The translations under genes and the position numbers were made by a program. The notes below the pieces were generated by a model, which did no database searches, was not told the DNA's origin, and saw only the letters and a program-made list of their open reading frames with translations. A stretch of 64,000 nt of DNA from Geobacteraceae bacterium (GTDB lineage: Bacteria > Desulfobacterota > Desulfuromonadia > Geobacterales > Pseudopelobacteraceae). Below, piece after piece: positions 8,653-17,152 of the stretch (position 1 is its first letter; each line of letters begins with the position of its first letter). The stretch covers positions 13,857-77,856 of the forward strand of contig JAJTBI010000003.1 in NCBI GenBank assembly GCA_021286935.1. Direction: 5' to 3'.

Positions 8653-10635
8653 ATGGAACCAGCGGAACAACATGCAGGACAGGGATTTTTTGCCAAGTGT
8701 ATCAGGGCTATCTTCGGTGCCCCCAAACATCTGAAAGATACCAACCTCTTTCACAAGATGGCGCTGATTCCGATTCTGGCCTGGGTCGGGCTGGGGGCTG
8801 ACGGCCTCTCGTCATCGGCCTATGGACCGGAAGAGGCATTCCGGGCACTGGGAAACCATACCTACCTGGCTGTTCTGCTGGGGCTTGCCACTGCCCTGAC
8901 GGTTTTTATCATCTCCTACGCCTATTCCCGCATCATTGAACATTTTCCCCACGGTGGCGGCGGCTACATTGTGGCTACCCATATGTTGGGCGAGAAGGCC
9001 GGGGTGGTCTCCGGCAGTGCCCTGCTGGTGGACTATGTGATGACCATCACCATCTCCATCGCCTCCTGTTGTGACGCGCTGTTCAGCTACGTTCCCCAGC
9101 AGTATCACCACTATAAGGTGCCGGTTGCCTGTGTCCTGACCCTGCTGCTGATCATCCTCAATGTCCGTGGGGTGAAGGAATCCATTACGGTTTTGGCTCC
9201 CATTTTTGCGATCTTTGTGGTCAGTCACCTGATCATGCTGCTGTATGGCGTCTTCACCCATACTGAGCGGTTTGCACCGCTGGCTGGTGAGTTCTCAACC
9301 GGCATCAGGCATGATCTCTCCAGTATAGGTCTGTTTGGTATCCTGCTGCTGTTTCTGCGGGCCTACTCCCTGGGGGGTGGTACCTACACCGGTATTGAGG
9401 CGGTTTCAAACGGTCTGCAGATCATGCGTGAGCCGCGAGTCCAGACCGGCAAGCGTACCATGCTCTATATGGCCTCCTCACTGGCCTTTACTGCCGGGGT
9501 ACTGTTCCTCTGCTATGCCCTGGTCGGCATTAAACCGGTGGAGGGCAAGACCCTTAATGCGGTGTTGGCTGATGGGCTGTTTGCCAATTGGCCCATGGGC
9601 AGCAGCATCGCCTTTATTACCATTTTTTCCGAAGGTGCCCTGCTGCTGGTGGCAGCCCAGGCCGGTTTTGTGGATGGACCGCGGGTGATGGCCAATATGG
9701 CGATTGATTCCTGGTTTCCTCACCGCTTTGCCGCCCTCTCGGTTCGCCTGACCATGCGCAATGGCATCCTGTTGATGGGGATTGCGGCTATTGCCCTGCT
9801 GTTTTACACCAGGGGATCGGTATCGGCTCTGGTGGTAATGTATTCCATCAATGTCTTTGTCACCTTCTCGCTGTCACAGTTGGGGATGTCAAAATTTTTC
9901 ATTGAGCGTAGAAAGGAAGACCCACAATGGATGCGGCATCTTTCTGTCCACCTGGTGGGGCTGGTGTTGTGTGTGACCATCCTGGCTATTACGGTCTTTG
10001 AAAAATTTACCGAAGGGGGCTGGATGACGCTTCTGATCACCTCGGTGGTAATCGGGCTCTGTTACCTGATCAAAGGGCACTACAAGCGGGTACGGCTCGG
10101 CATGGCCGATCTGGACCAAAGCCTGCTGGATGTACCGGTCAGTGCCCACGGCGAGCCGCCCGCCATCGATCATAACGCATCTACCGCAATCCAGCTGGTT
10201 TCCGGCTACACCGGGTTCGGTGTGCATACCCTTTTTTCCATCCTTTCCACCTTTCCCAAAACCTATAAAAACGTGATCTTCGTCTCAGTGGCCATGATTG
10301 ATTCCGGTAGTTTCAAAGGGGCTGAAGAGCTTGAGGCGTTGGAACAGTCCGTCCGGTTCGGACTAGAACAGTACGTGTCCCTGGCCCGTAAACTTGGTTT
10401 TGCCGCCGCTTACCGCATGGCAGTGGGGACCGATGTGGTTGAAAATGCAACCGAGTTGTGTCAACAGATTGCCGAAGAGTTTCCCCGCTCAACGGTCTTC
10501 ACCGGACAGCTCACCTTCCGTTTGGAAAAATTCTATCACCGTCTGCTACACAACGAGACCGCCTTTGCCATCCAGCGCCGCCTGCAGTGGGCTGGCCTGA
10601 CCACGGTGATCATGCCGATCAGGGTGCGTACCTAA
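8653..10635 (+). CDS. KimA/YdaO-like APC-superfamily K+ transporter
   Basis: GADGLSSSAYG (cf. KimA SDALSSVAYG), GGGGYIVA, TGIEAVSNG, about 12 TM helices and a soluble C-terminal domain. The ATG at 8653 is preferred over the GTG at 8620. Confidence 0.85.
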   Translation: MEPAEQHAGQGFFAKCIRAIFGAPKHLKDTNLFHKMALIPILAWVGLGADGLSSSAYGPEEAFRALGNHTYLAVLLGLATALTVFIISYAYSRIIEHFPHGGGGYIVATHMLGEKAGVVSGSALLVDYVMTITISIASCCDALFSYVPQQYHHYKVPVACVLTLLLIILNVRGVKESITVLAPIFAIFVVSHLIMLLYGVFTHTERFAPLAGEFSTGIRHDLSSIGLFGILLLFLRAYSLGGGTYTGIEAVSNGLQIMREPRVQTGKRTMLYMASSLAFTAGVLFLCYALVGIKPVEGKTLNAVLADGLFANWPMGSSIAFITIFSEGALLLVAAQAGFVDGPRVMANMAIDSWFPHRFAALSVRLTMRNGILLMGIAAIALLFYTRGSVSALVVMYSINVFVTFSLSQLGMSKFFIERRKEDPQWMRHLSVHLVGLVLCVTILAITVFEKFTEGGWMTLLITSVVIGLCYLIKGHYKRVRLGMADLDQSLLDVPVSAHGEPPAIDHNASTAIQLVSGYTGFGVHTLFSILSTFPKTYKNVIFVSVAMIDSGSFKGAEELEALEQSVRFGLEQYVSLARKLGFAAAYRMAVGTDVVENATELCQQIAEEFPRSTVFTGQLTFRLEKFYHRLLHNETAFAIQRRLQWAGLTTVIMPIRVRT

Positions 10636-10741
10636 CTGTTTGCCTAACAAACAGATCCCGCCAGCTTATATTCTCTAGCAACCTCTGGGCTGCACCAAAA
10701 ACAAGAGGTGTTGCCAAACGCCTTCCTGTGCTCAGGAACAC

Positions 10742-10769
10742 TTGACAGCTTTGAGAAAAAGAGTATCTT
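10742..10769 (+). promoter_or_regulatory. Sigma70-type promoter for the riboswitch-kup transcript
   Basis: TTGACA-N16-TATCTT just upstream of the aptamer. Confidence 0.45.
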
Positions 10770-10782
10770 CCGCCACATAAGA

Positions 10783-10920
10783 CAGCAGCCGAGATTCATC
10801 GCCACACTATGTGCGATGGATGCGGGGGACCCATTCAACTGGGGCGTATCGGGAGGTATCCCGAGGAGGACTTTCAACCTCTAGCCCGTCAGCTAACCTC
10901 GTAGGCATTTGGAAGGGCAT
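10783..10920 (+). ncRNA. c-di-AMP riboswitch (ydaO/yuaA class)
   Basis: Class signature segments GCGGGGGACCCA...GGGGCGTATC and CCCGTCAGCTAACCTCGTAGGC, in the leader of a K+ transporter gene. Confidence 0.9.
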
Positions 10921-10930
10921 CGGACAGGAC

Positions 10931-10966
10931 AAACGTCTTGCGGCCATTGCCGGGGGCGTTTTTTTC
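10931..10966 (+). terminator. Intrinsic terminator forming the riboswitch expression platform
   Basis: AAACGTCTTGCGGC/GCCGGGGGCGTTT stem followed by a T-tract, about 35 nt before the kup start. Confidence 0.65.
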
Positions 10967-11000
10967 TTCCGGCCCTGTGTGTTGGTGGAAAGGGGCAACT

Positions 11001-12821
11001 ATGCAACAGCATGACGCTGAAAGTTTCTGGGGTGGTGTCATAAAGTCGATGGGTCTGGTGTTTGGCGACATCGGTACCAGCCCGATTTATACCCTGACGG
11101 TTATCTTTGCCATTACTAAACCGACCCCGGACAACATCTTCGGAATCGTCTCCCTGGTTTTCTGGACCCTGGTAATTTTGGTTCATCTTGAATATTCCAT
11201 TCTGGCTATGTCTCTCTCCCGCAAGGGGGAGGGGGGCACTATCGTGCTGAAGGAAATTCTGACCAGAATGCTGCAGCCAGGTAAAGGGTTAGCTCTGATC
11301 GGTATTCTTTCATTTCTGGGGGTTGCCCTCTTGCTGGGAGACGGGGTGATTACACCGGCGATCTCAATCCTTTCAGCTGTTGAAGGGATGGTGCTGATTC
11401 CCGGTCTTGAATCTACCCGTCAAGGGGTGCTGATCCTGATTGCAGCTATCATCGCAATCGGCCTGTTTATCTTTCAGGACAAGGGTACTGACAAGGTGGC
11501 CAAGGCCTTTGGGCCGATCATGATCATCTGGTTTGGGGCACTGACGGTCTCCGGTCTGGTCGGCATCAGTTCCCATCCGGGTATCCTCAAGGCCTTAAGT
11601 CCCCACTATGCCATCAACTTTTTGCTGCACCACGGGATTGCAGGTTTTTTTGTACTGTCCGAGGTTATCCTCTGTGCCACCGGTGGCGAAGCATTGTATG
11701 CTGATATGGGACATCTGGGGCGTAGGCCGATCCGCCATGCCTGGTACTTCGTCTTTGTTGCCCTGGTGATCAACTATCTAGGCCAGGGCGCGTATCTGCT
11801 TAATAATCCTGATGCCAAGAACATCCTGTTCAGTATGGTAAAATGGCAGGCTCCCCTGTTGTATATCCCGTTTCTGATCCTGACCATTACTGCCACGGTG
11901 ATCGCCTCCCAGGCACTGATCAGTGGCGTTTTTTCCATTGTCTATCAAGGGATCACTACCCGTATTCTGCCGCTTCTGAAGGTTGACTATACCTCTACCC
12001 ACCTCAAGTCGCAGATCTACATCGGCTCGGTCAACTGGTTGCTGCTGGGGCTGGTGATCATGATCATGCTGATCTTCCAGAAGTCCGAAAATCTGGCTGC
12101 CGCCTACGGTCTGGCCGTAACCGGCACCATGACCATCACCGGTATCATGATGGTAACCATCTTCAGCAGGACCAAGAAGAAGTGGAAGGTGCCGGTAGCC
12201 CTGTTTGTTACGCTGATGGATGCTATTTTTCTGGTTTCAAACCTCTACAAACTGCCCCACGGTGGCTATTGGTCGCTGATCCTGGCTTCGGTGCCGCTGA
12301 TCACCATTCTGGTCTGGACCAAGGGACAGCGGGCTCTATACATGGCCTTGCGCCCCTTGGAGCTGGATACCTTTCAGCTGGCCTATGAACAGATCTACAA
12401 TAAAGGCAGAAATATTCCCGGCACCGGCCTGTTCTTTGTCAAAGAGTACAGTGTGGTGCCGCCGTATGTGGTGCACTGCATTATCCGTAGTAACATCATC
12501 TATGAGCGCAATGTCTTTATCTCCATCGTGCGGACAGATGAGCCCTATGGCCTGCAAAGCGAGTTGAAGACCGGCATTGCCAAAGGGCTGGATGCCTTTG
12601 AGGTTTATGCAGGTTATATGGAGCATATTGCCATTGAGGAGCTGTTGCACCAGAACGGGGTGCAGGAGAAGGTTATCTTCTACGGTATTGAGGATATTGC
12701 CACGACGAACCCGATCTGGAAGTTCTTCTCGGTTGTAAAGAAGCTGACCCCCAACTTTGTGCAGTTTAACAAGCTGCCGGCGGCGAAGCTGCAAGGGGTG
12801 GTGACCCGCGTCGAGATGTAG
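11001..12821 (+). CDS. kup: KUP/HAK/KT potassium transporter
   Basis: GDIGTSPIY, GEGGT, LLGDGVITPAISILSAVEG, GGEALYADMGH, AAAYGLAVTGTM. The ATG at 11001 has SD AAGGGG; the ORF-track start overlaps the terminator. Confidence 0.96.
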   Translation: MQQHDAESFWGGVIKSMGLVFGDIGTSPIYTLTVIFAITKPTPDNIFGIVSLVFWTLVILVHLEYSILAMSLSRKGEGGTIVLKEILTRMLQPGKGLALIGILSFLGVALLLGDGVITPAISILSAVEGMVLIPGLESTRQGVLILIAAIIAIGLFIFQDKGTDKVAKAFGPIMIIWFGALTVSGLVGISSHPGILKALSPHYAINFLLHHGIAGFFVLSEVILCATGGEALYADMGHLGRRPIRHAWYFVFVALVINYLGQGAYLLNNPDAKNILFSMVKWQAPLLYIPFLILTITATVIASQALISGVFSIVYQGITTRILPLLKVDYTSTHLKSQIYIGSVNWLLLGLVIMIMLIFQKSENLAAAYGLAVTGTMTITGIMMVTIFSRTKKKWKVPVALFVTLMDAIFLVSNLYKLPHGGYWSLILASVPLITILVWTKGQRALYMALRPLELDTFQLAYEQIYNKGRNIPGTGLFFVKEYSVVPPYVVHCIIRSNIIYERNVFISIVRTDEPYGLQSELKTGIAKGLDAFEVYAGYMEHIAIEELLHQNGVQEKVIFYGIEDIATTNPIWKFFSVVKKLTPNFVQFNKLPAAKLQGVVTRVEM

Positions 12822-12822
12822 G

Positions 12823-12944
12823 GCCGGGCGGCTGCGGAGGCGGTCTGCGTCGTTGCGCGGTGCTCGCTTCCTCGCCTACCAGTTGGTATGTCTCGGTCGC
12901 TGCGCTCCGTGCGTCTGGCATACCACCTTCCTCGCACGCCCGGC
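12823..12944. repeat. ~120 bp palindromic REP/MITE-like element (divergent family member)
   Basis: Ends GCCGGGCG...CGCCCGGC, central TACC-AGTT-GGTA, same layout as the copies at 16950 and 38736; starts 2 nt after the kup stop. Confidence 0.6.
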
Positions 12945-12998
12945 GTGAGAAACCGTCCGTGCTATCATCTTAGAACTGAAGCCGGAAATAAGATGTAG

Positions 12999-13034
12999 AA
13001 CGCCCCGCCGGAAACTCCGGCGGGGCGTTTTTTG
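12999..13034. terminator. Intrinsic terminator, probably bidirectional, between convergent kup and pilT
   Basis: AACGCCCCGCCGGA-AAC-TCCGGCGGGGCGTT followed by a T-tract. Confidence 0.8.
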
Positions 13035-13061
13035 TCTGTTTCCTCGTTATTTAGGGGAGGG

Positions 13062-14132
13062 TTATGCCGGTGGCGCCTGCGGCAGGTACTGCTCAAACAT
13101 CTTCTTGTCGATGGCGCATTTGTGCGCCTCTTCCGGGTTTACCTGTTTGGTCTTGAGCAGATCCAGCAGGTGCTGGTCCATCAGCTGCATGCCGTCTTTC
13201 TTGGCGGTCTGGATGATGGAGGGGATCTGAAAGGTCTTGCCTTCGCGGATCAGGTTGGCAATGGCCGGGGTGCCCAGCATGATCTCCAGGGCAGCCACCC
13301 GTCCGTGACCATCGGCAGTTTTGAGCAGTTGCTGGCAGACCACCCCTTTTAAGGATTCGGAGAGCATGGTGCGGACCTGATCCTGGGATTCCTTGGGAAA
13401 GACATCAATGATCCGGTCAATGGTCTTGGCAGCCGTATTGGTGTGCAGGGTGCCGAAGACCAGGTGGCCGGTCTCGGCGGCGCTCATGGCCAGTTGGATC
13501 GTCTCCAGATCCCGCATCTCTCCCACCAGGATGATGTCCGGGTCTTCCCGCAGGGCAGCCCGCAGGGCCGAGGCGAACGAGTTGGTGTGGGCTCCGATCT
13601 GGCGCTGGTTCAACAGCGACAGTTTGTTTTCATGGATGAACTCCAGCGGGTCTTCCAAGGTCAGGATATGTTCCTTGCGGGTGGCGTTGATCAGGTCGAT
13701 CAGGGCTGCCAGGGTGGTGGATTTGCCGGACCCGGTCGGGCCGGTCACCAGTACCAGCCCCTTTTTGAACTGGGTCATCCGGCGTACTCCATCCGGCAGG
13801 TTCAGCTGGTCCGCTGAAAGGATTATGGCCGGGATGATCCTGAAGACCGCTGCCACACCGCGGTGGGTCATCATGATGTTGCCACGGAAGCGGGCCAGGT
13901 CAGGCACCGCATAGGCAAAATCCAGGTCGTTGGTGGTCTCAAATTGGGCCTTCTGCTCCTCGTTCAGAATCTCATACAGGATCGGGAGCAGTTCTTCGTG
14001 GGAGAGCGGTTTGAACTGCAGGTGCACCATCTCGCCATGCTGCCTGAAAATGGGTGGGTTGCCGGATGAAAGGTGCAGGTCTGATGCCCCTTGCTCCTTC
14101 ATCATTTTGAATAAAGCATCTATTTTGGCCAT
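13062..14132 (-). CDS. pilT: Type IV pilus retraction ATPase PilT family
   Basis: GPTGSGKS Walker A, DPDIILVGEMRD Walker B, TLHT His-box, AIANLIREGK motif. Confidence 0.93.
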   Translation of the reverse strand: MAKIDALFKMMKEQGASDLHLSSGNPPIFRQHGEMVHLQFKPLSHEELLPILYEILNEEQKAQFETTNDLDFAYAVPDLARFRGNIMMTHRGVAAVFRIIPAIILSADQLNLPDGVRRMTQFKKGLVLVTGPTGSGKSTTLAALIDLINATRKEHILTLEDPLEFIHENKLSLLNQRQIGAHTNSFASALRAALREDPDIILVGEMRDLETIQLAMSAAETGHLVFGTLHTNTAAKTIDRIIDVFPKESQDQVRTMLSESLKGVVCQQLLKTADGHGRVAALEIMLGTPAIANLIREGKTFQIPSIIQTAKKDGMQLMDQHLLDLLKTKQVNPEEAHKCAIDKKMFEQYLPQAPPA

Positions 14133-14156
14133 GGTAGCTTGTCTCCATGTAATTGA

Positions 14157-15809
14157 TTATTGAATTACAGCAGCAATGAACTCTTCCGGTGATACCGCTC
14201 CCGCCTTTAGCAGAGCCTCACCCTCCGCCTTGATTCCGCGATACCCATCGGCATTCAGTCCGGCAATGAAGCTGCTTCCATCAGAAGCGGCATCAAAACG
14301 GGCGTGCAATTCACGGTCAAAGCAGATGCAGTTGGTTAGGAAAATCCGATCACTTACTCCGGTAAAATTGCAGTGCGGACAGCCTGTTGCATGATACAGT
14401 TCTGCAGGTGGTGGCTGCAGCTGAAGACCGAGTAGTTCCTGTTGCGGCAGGGTGGCCGTCTGTCTGCAGGAGGGGCAGAGGAGCTGGATACCTTTGAATG
14501 ATACAATGCCGGAAAGAAACGGGGTCAGAAAGGCGTTGCGTTGACGAAAGCGGATCAGGTGATCACACAGATTGCGGGTGCCGCGGATATCCATCCCCAC
14601 CAGCACCAGTTTGCCCCGCATGGCAGCCCGTGCCGCAGCGGTAAATGGCTCCAGAGCGGTGCCGTCTTCAATCACCAGAATATCCGGGCCATGCTCAAGG
14701 CTGTCCATAATCAGCCGTCCACGGCTCGCCTCTGATTCTGGTAGCGGGATACGGGGGAACTGTTTGAGCATTCTCCCTGGTTCATTGCCAAGAATCAGTA
14801 CAGACCTGCCGGTGGTGTCCAGCTCCTCCAGTAGCAGATCCATAAAACGACAACGTTCCTGCAACGAGCGGGATGCAAACAGTATCAGGCCGTGGCGTAC
14901 GGTTATGAGGCGGGTAAACTGTTCTCTCTGGAATGACGGCAGTTGTAACCGGGACAGAGTGTGCGGAATGTTGGCCGTTATATGCCGACGGATGGTGATG
15001 TAGTCTCCCTGTCTGCCAGGCATCAACAGAACCTGAAAACAAAGTTCCCGTTCATGATGGCGAAAGCTGATGCAACCGCTAAGTGAGGGTTCACTGGAGA
15101 ACGGTAGTGTAGCCGCTTTGCGGATCAGGCTGCAGACAGTGGTATAGTGATCAGCTGCAAGCATTCCCAACTCATGGTTGGTTGCGCCACTGCGGGCGGT
15201 GATGGCGATTACCGTATCCAAAGGCATAAAAGAACAGGAACTTAACTGGTGCTGAATGCTGTAGGTAAGCAGGTTGTTCAGCAGCTGTTGTCCGCTGAGA
15301 TCTGAGTTGATGGAGGAGAGCTGTTCGGCTGTAAATTGACCTGAACTAAAACCAAGTTGTTCTTCTTTACTCAGGCCGTAGCACTGGTCAAGCATTTCGT
15401 TTATTTCACGGGCCAGGGCAACCGAGAGGTTGATCCGGCAACCTGACGCCTCGGCCGCAGCGGCAACAGCTTCTTTGCTGAGTGGGTCCGCAATGGCAAT
15501 AGAGAGCTCATCTCCTGCTTTTATCAGTGGTATCAGTTGATGTGTTCTGCAGATATTTGCAGGAATAAGCGTCAGGGCATCCGGGTCAATCATCTCGCGT
15601 TTAAGACGGATGTAAGGAATATCCAACTGATTGGAGAGTGCCCAATCAATATCCTCCTGGGTGACGATGCCCAGAATAACCAGTGCTTCACCAAAGCGGC
15701 ATCCGCTACGTTGCTGTTCTTCAAGTGCGGCAGTGATGTCGGCATCACTGATGATACGTGAGTTATAGAGGATGGCACCCAGCGTGCCTTCCCTGACATT
15801 GATCGGCAT
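14157..15809 (-). CDS. PilB/GspE/MshE-like protein with an N-terminal MshEN-type domain and a degenerate ATPase
   Basis: RFGEALVILGIVTQEDIDWALSNQ motif and CPSC/CPHC zinc motif are present; the Walker A position reads FASRSLQERC. Confidence 0.8.
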   Translation of the reverse strand: MPINVREGTLGAILYNSRIISDADITAALEEQQRSGCRFGEALVILGIVTQEDIDWALSNQLDIPYIRLKREMIDPDALTLIPANICRTHQLIPLIKAGDELSIAIADPLSKEAVAAAAEASGCRINLSVALAREINEMLDQCYGLSKEEQLGFSSGQFTAEQLSSINSDLSGQQLLNNLLTYSIQHQLSSCSFMPLDTVIAITARSGATNHELGMLAADHYTTVCSLIRKAATLPFSSEPSLSGCISFRHHERELCFQVLLMPGRQGDYITIRRHITANIPHTLSRLQLPSFQREQFTRLITVRHGLILFASRSLQERCRFMDLLLEELDTTGRSVLILGNEPGRMLKQFPRIPLPESEASRGRLIMDSLEHGPDILVIEDGTALEPFTAAARAAMRGKLVLVGMDIRGTRNLCDHLIRFRQRNAFLTPFLSGIVSFKGIQLLCPSCRQTATLPQQELLGLQLQPPPAELYHATGCPHCNFTGVSDRIFLTNCICFDRELHARFDAASDGSSFIAGLNADGYRGIKAEGEALLKAGAVSPEEFIAAVIQ

Positions 15810-15947
15810 AGGGCTCCCTTCTGCTGCTGATGAATTGGTGTTATTGTAACCTGATATGGTGGTGAGTCAATCATTGCGGAAGATAGTGCGGTTATGGTAC
15901 AGATGCTGCCCCGCAACTGAGTAATCAAACCAAGGAGTTTTCCCCAG

Positions 15948-16949
15948 ATGCAGCGTCGAGCCCTCGCGTTATTTTCCGGTGGTCTGGATTCAATCCTGGC
16001 AGTGAAGGTGATCCAGCAGCAAGGGGTTGATGTCCTTGCCATCAACTTTACGTCGCCTTTTTTTGGCTGTTCGCCGATCCTTGATGGTGAGCCGGTGGCA
16101 GCCCAATATGCCCGGCGTTATGACATCCCGTTTCGTTCCATCCCGTTGGGGGCAGAGTTTATTGAGATGTTGCGCCATCCCCGCCACGGCTACGGCAGTG
16201 CGTTGAATCCCTGTATTGACTGCAAGACCTTTATGCTGCGCTGTGCTGGTGCCCTGCTGCAGGAGCTGCAGGCTGACTTTGTGATTACCGGTGAGGTGGT
16301 GGGACAGCGCCCCATGAGCCAGCGCCAGGATACGCTGCGTCTGATCGAGCGGGATTGCGGCATTGCCGGCCTGCTGCTGCGTCCGCTCTCGGCAAAGTAT
16401 ATGAAGGTGACCATCCCGGAGGCGGAGGGTTGGGTAAAGCGGGAGGAACTGCCTGCCATCAAGGGGCGGGGACGCAAGGATCAGATGCGACTGGCAGCCG
16501 AGCTGGGAGTTGATGACTATCCGGCACCGGGTGGCGGCTGCCTGCTGACCGAGGAAAGTTATATCCCCAAGGTCAAGGACCTGCTGGACCACCAGACCGT
16601 GCCGGTGATCAGGGATTTTGACCTGCTACGAACTGGCAGGCATTTCCGGCTGTCTGAGACCTGTAAGGCGGTGGTTGGCCGGGACAGTAGCGACAATGAA
16701 AAAATTCTGGCCTCAATTGGTGCCGGAGAAACCACCCTGCGTTGGATGGATGGTGCCAGTCCGCTGGTGCTGCTGGTGGGAGAACCCCAGCAGGCGGATT
16801 TGGTGCAGGCCGGGCGGATTCTGCTGCGCTACACCAAGGCAGCCAAAGGGGCGGCTGCCTGTATAAGTCTGCAGGTTGACGGGATCCGGTCTGAAATCAG
16901 CGTGGTGAATGACCTGCAGGAGGATGAGCTGGAACGGTTCAGAATTTAA
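15948..16949 (+). CDS. PP-loop (ThiI/MnmA-like) tRNA-modification-type enzyme with a C-terminal DUF814-like region
   Basis: SGGLDS PP-loop, NPCIDCK, TGEVVGQRPMSQ, GGGCLLT, GRHFRL. Confidence 0.75.
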   Translation: MQRRALALFSGGLDSILAVKVIQQQGVDVLAINFTSPFFGCSPILDGEPVAAQYARRYDIPFRSIPLGAEFIEMLRHPRHGYGSALNPCIDCKTFMLRCAGALLQELQADFVITGEVVGQRPMSQRQDTLRLIERDCGIAGLLLRPLSAKYMKVTIPEAEGWVKREELPAIKGRGRKDQMRLAAELGVDDYPAPGGGCLLTEESYIPKVKDLLDHQTVPVIRDFDLLRTGRHFRLSETCKAVVGRDSSDNEKILASIGAGETTLRWMDGASPLVLLVGEPQQADLVQAGRILLRYTKAAKGAAACISLQVDGIRSEISVVNDLQEDELERFRI

Positions 16950-17073
16950 TCCCAATCCCAACTCAAGGCGATATCTTCGTTGGCTCGTCTTCAGCTCCTC
17001 AGCGTACTGGCGTGTACGCCTGCGTCGCTGAATTCCTCGCCGCTTTGATCTCATCCTTGATTTGAAATTGGGA
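16950..17073. repeat. ~120 bp palindromic REP/MITE-like element, copy 1
   Basis: TCCCAATCCCAACTCAAGG...CCTTGATTTGAAATTGGGA inverted ends and a central CGTAC-N6-GTACG; highly similar to 38736-38852. Confidence 0.85.
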
Positions 17074-17152
17074 CAGCTTTCTGTTAATGGCTGGTTCTTC
17101 GGCGTGGCGCGGTTTACACCCTCCCTGATAAGGGAGGGCCGTGCTGGTGGGG

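Noticed and set aside
10938-11000. N-terminal extension of Kup given by the ORF track
   Set aside because: It overlaps the riboswitch terminator; the ATG at 11001 has a proper SD.
12945-13034. Small RNA between the repeat and the terminator (TGCTATCAT extended -10-like site)
   Set aside because: There is no convincing -35 or conserved structure, and the hairpin is adequately explained as the kup/pilT terminator.
15895-15909. Sigma-54-like TGGTAC-N5-CTGC upstream of the PP-loop gene
   Set aside because: GG-N10-GC spacing fits, but the -12 element deviates and such matches arise by chance.
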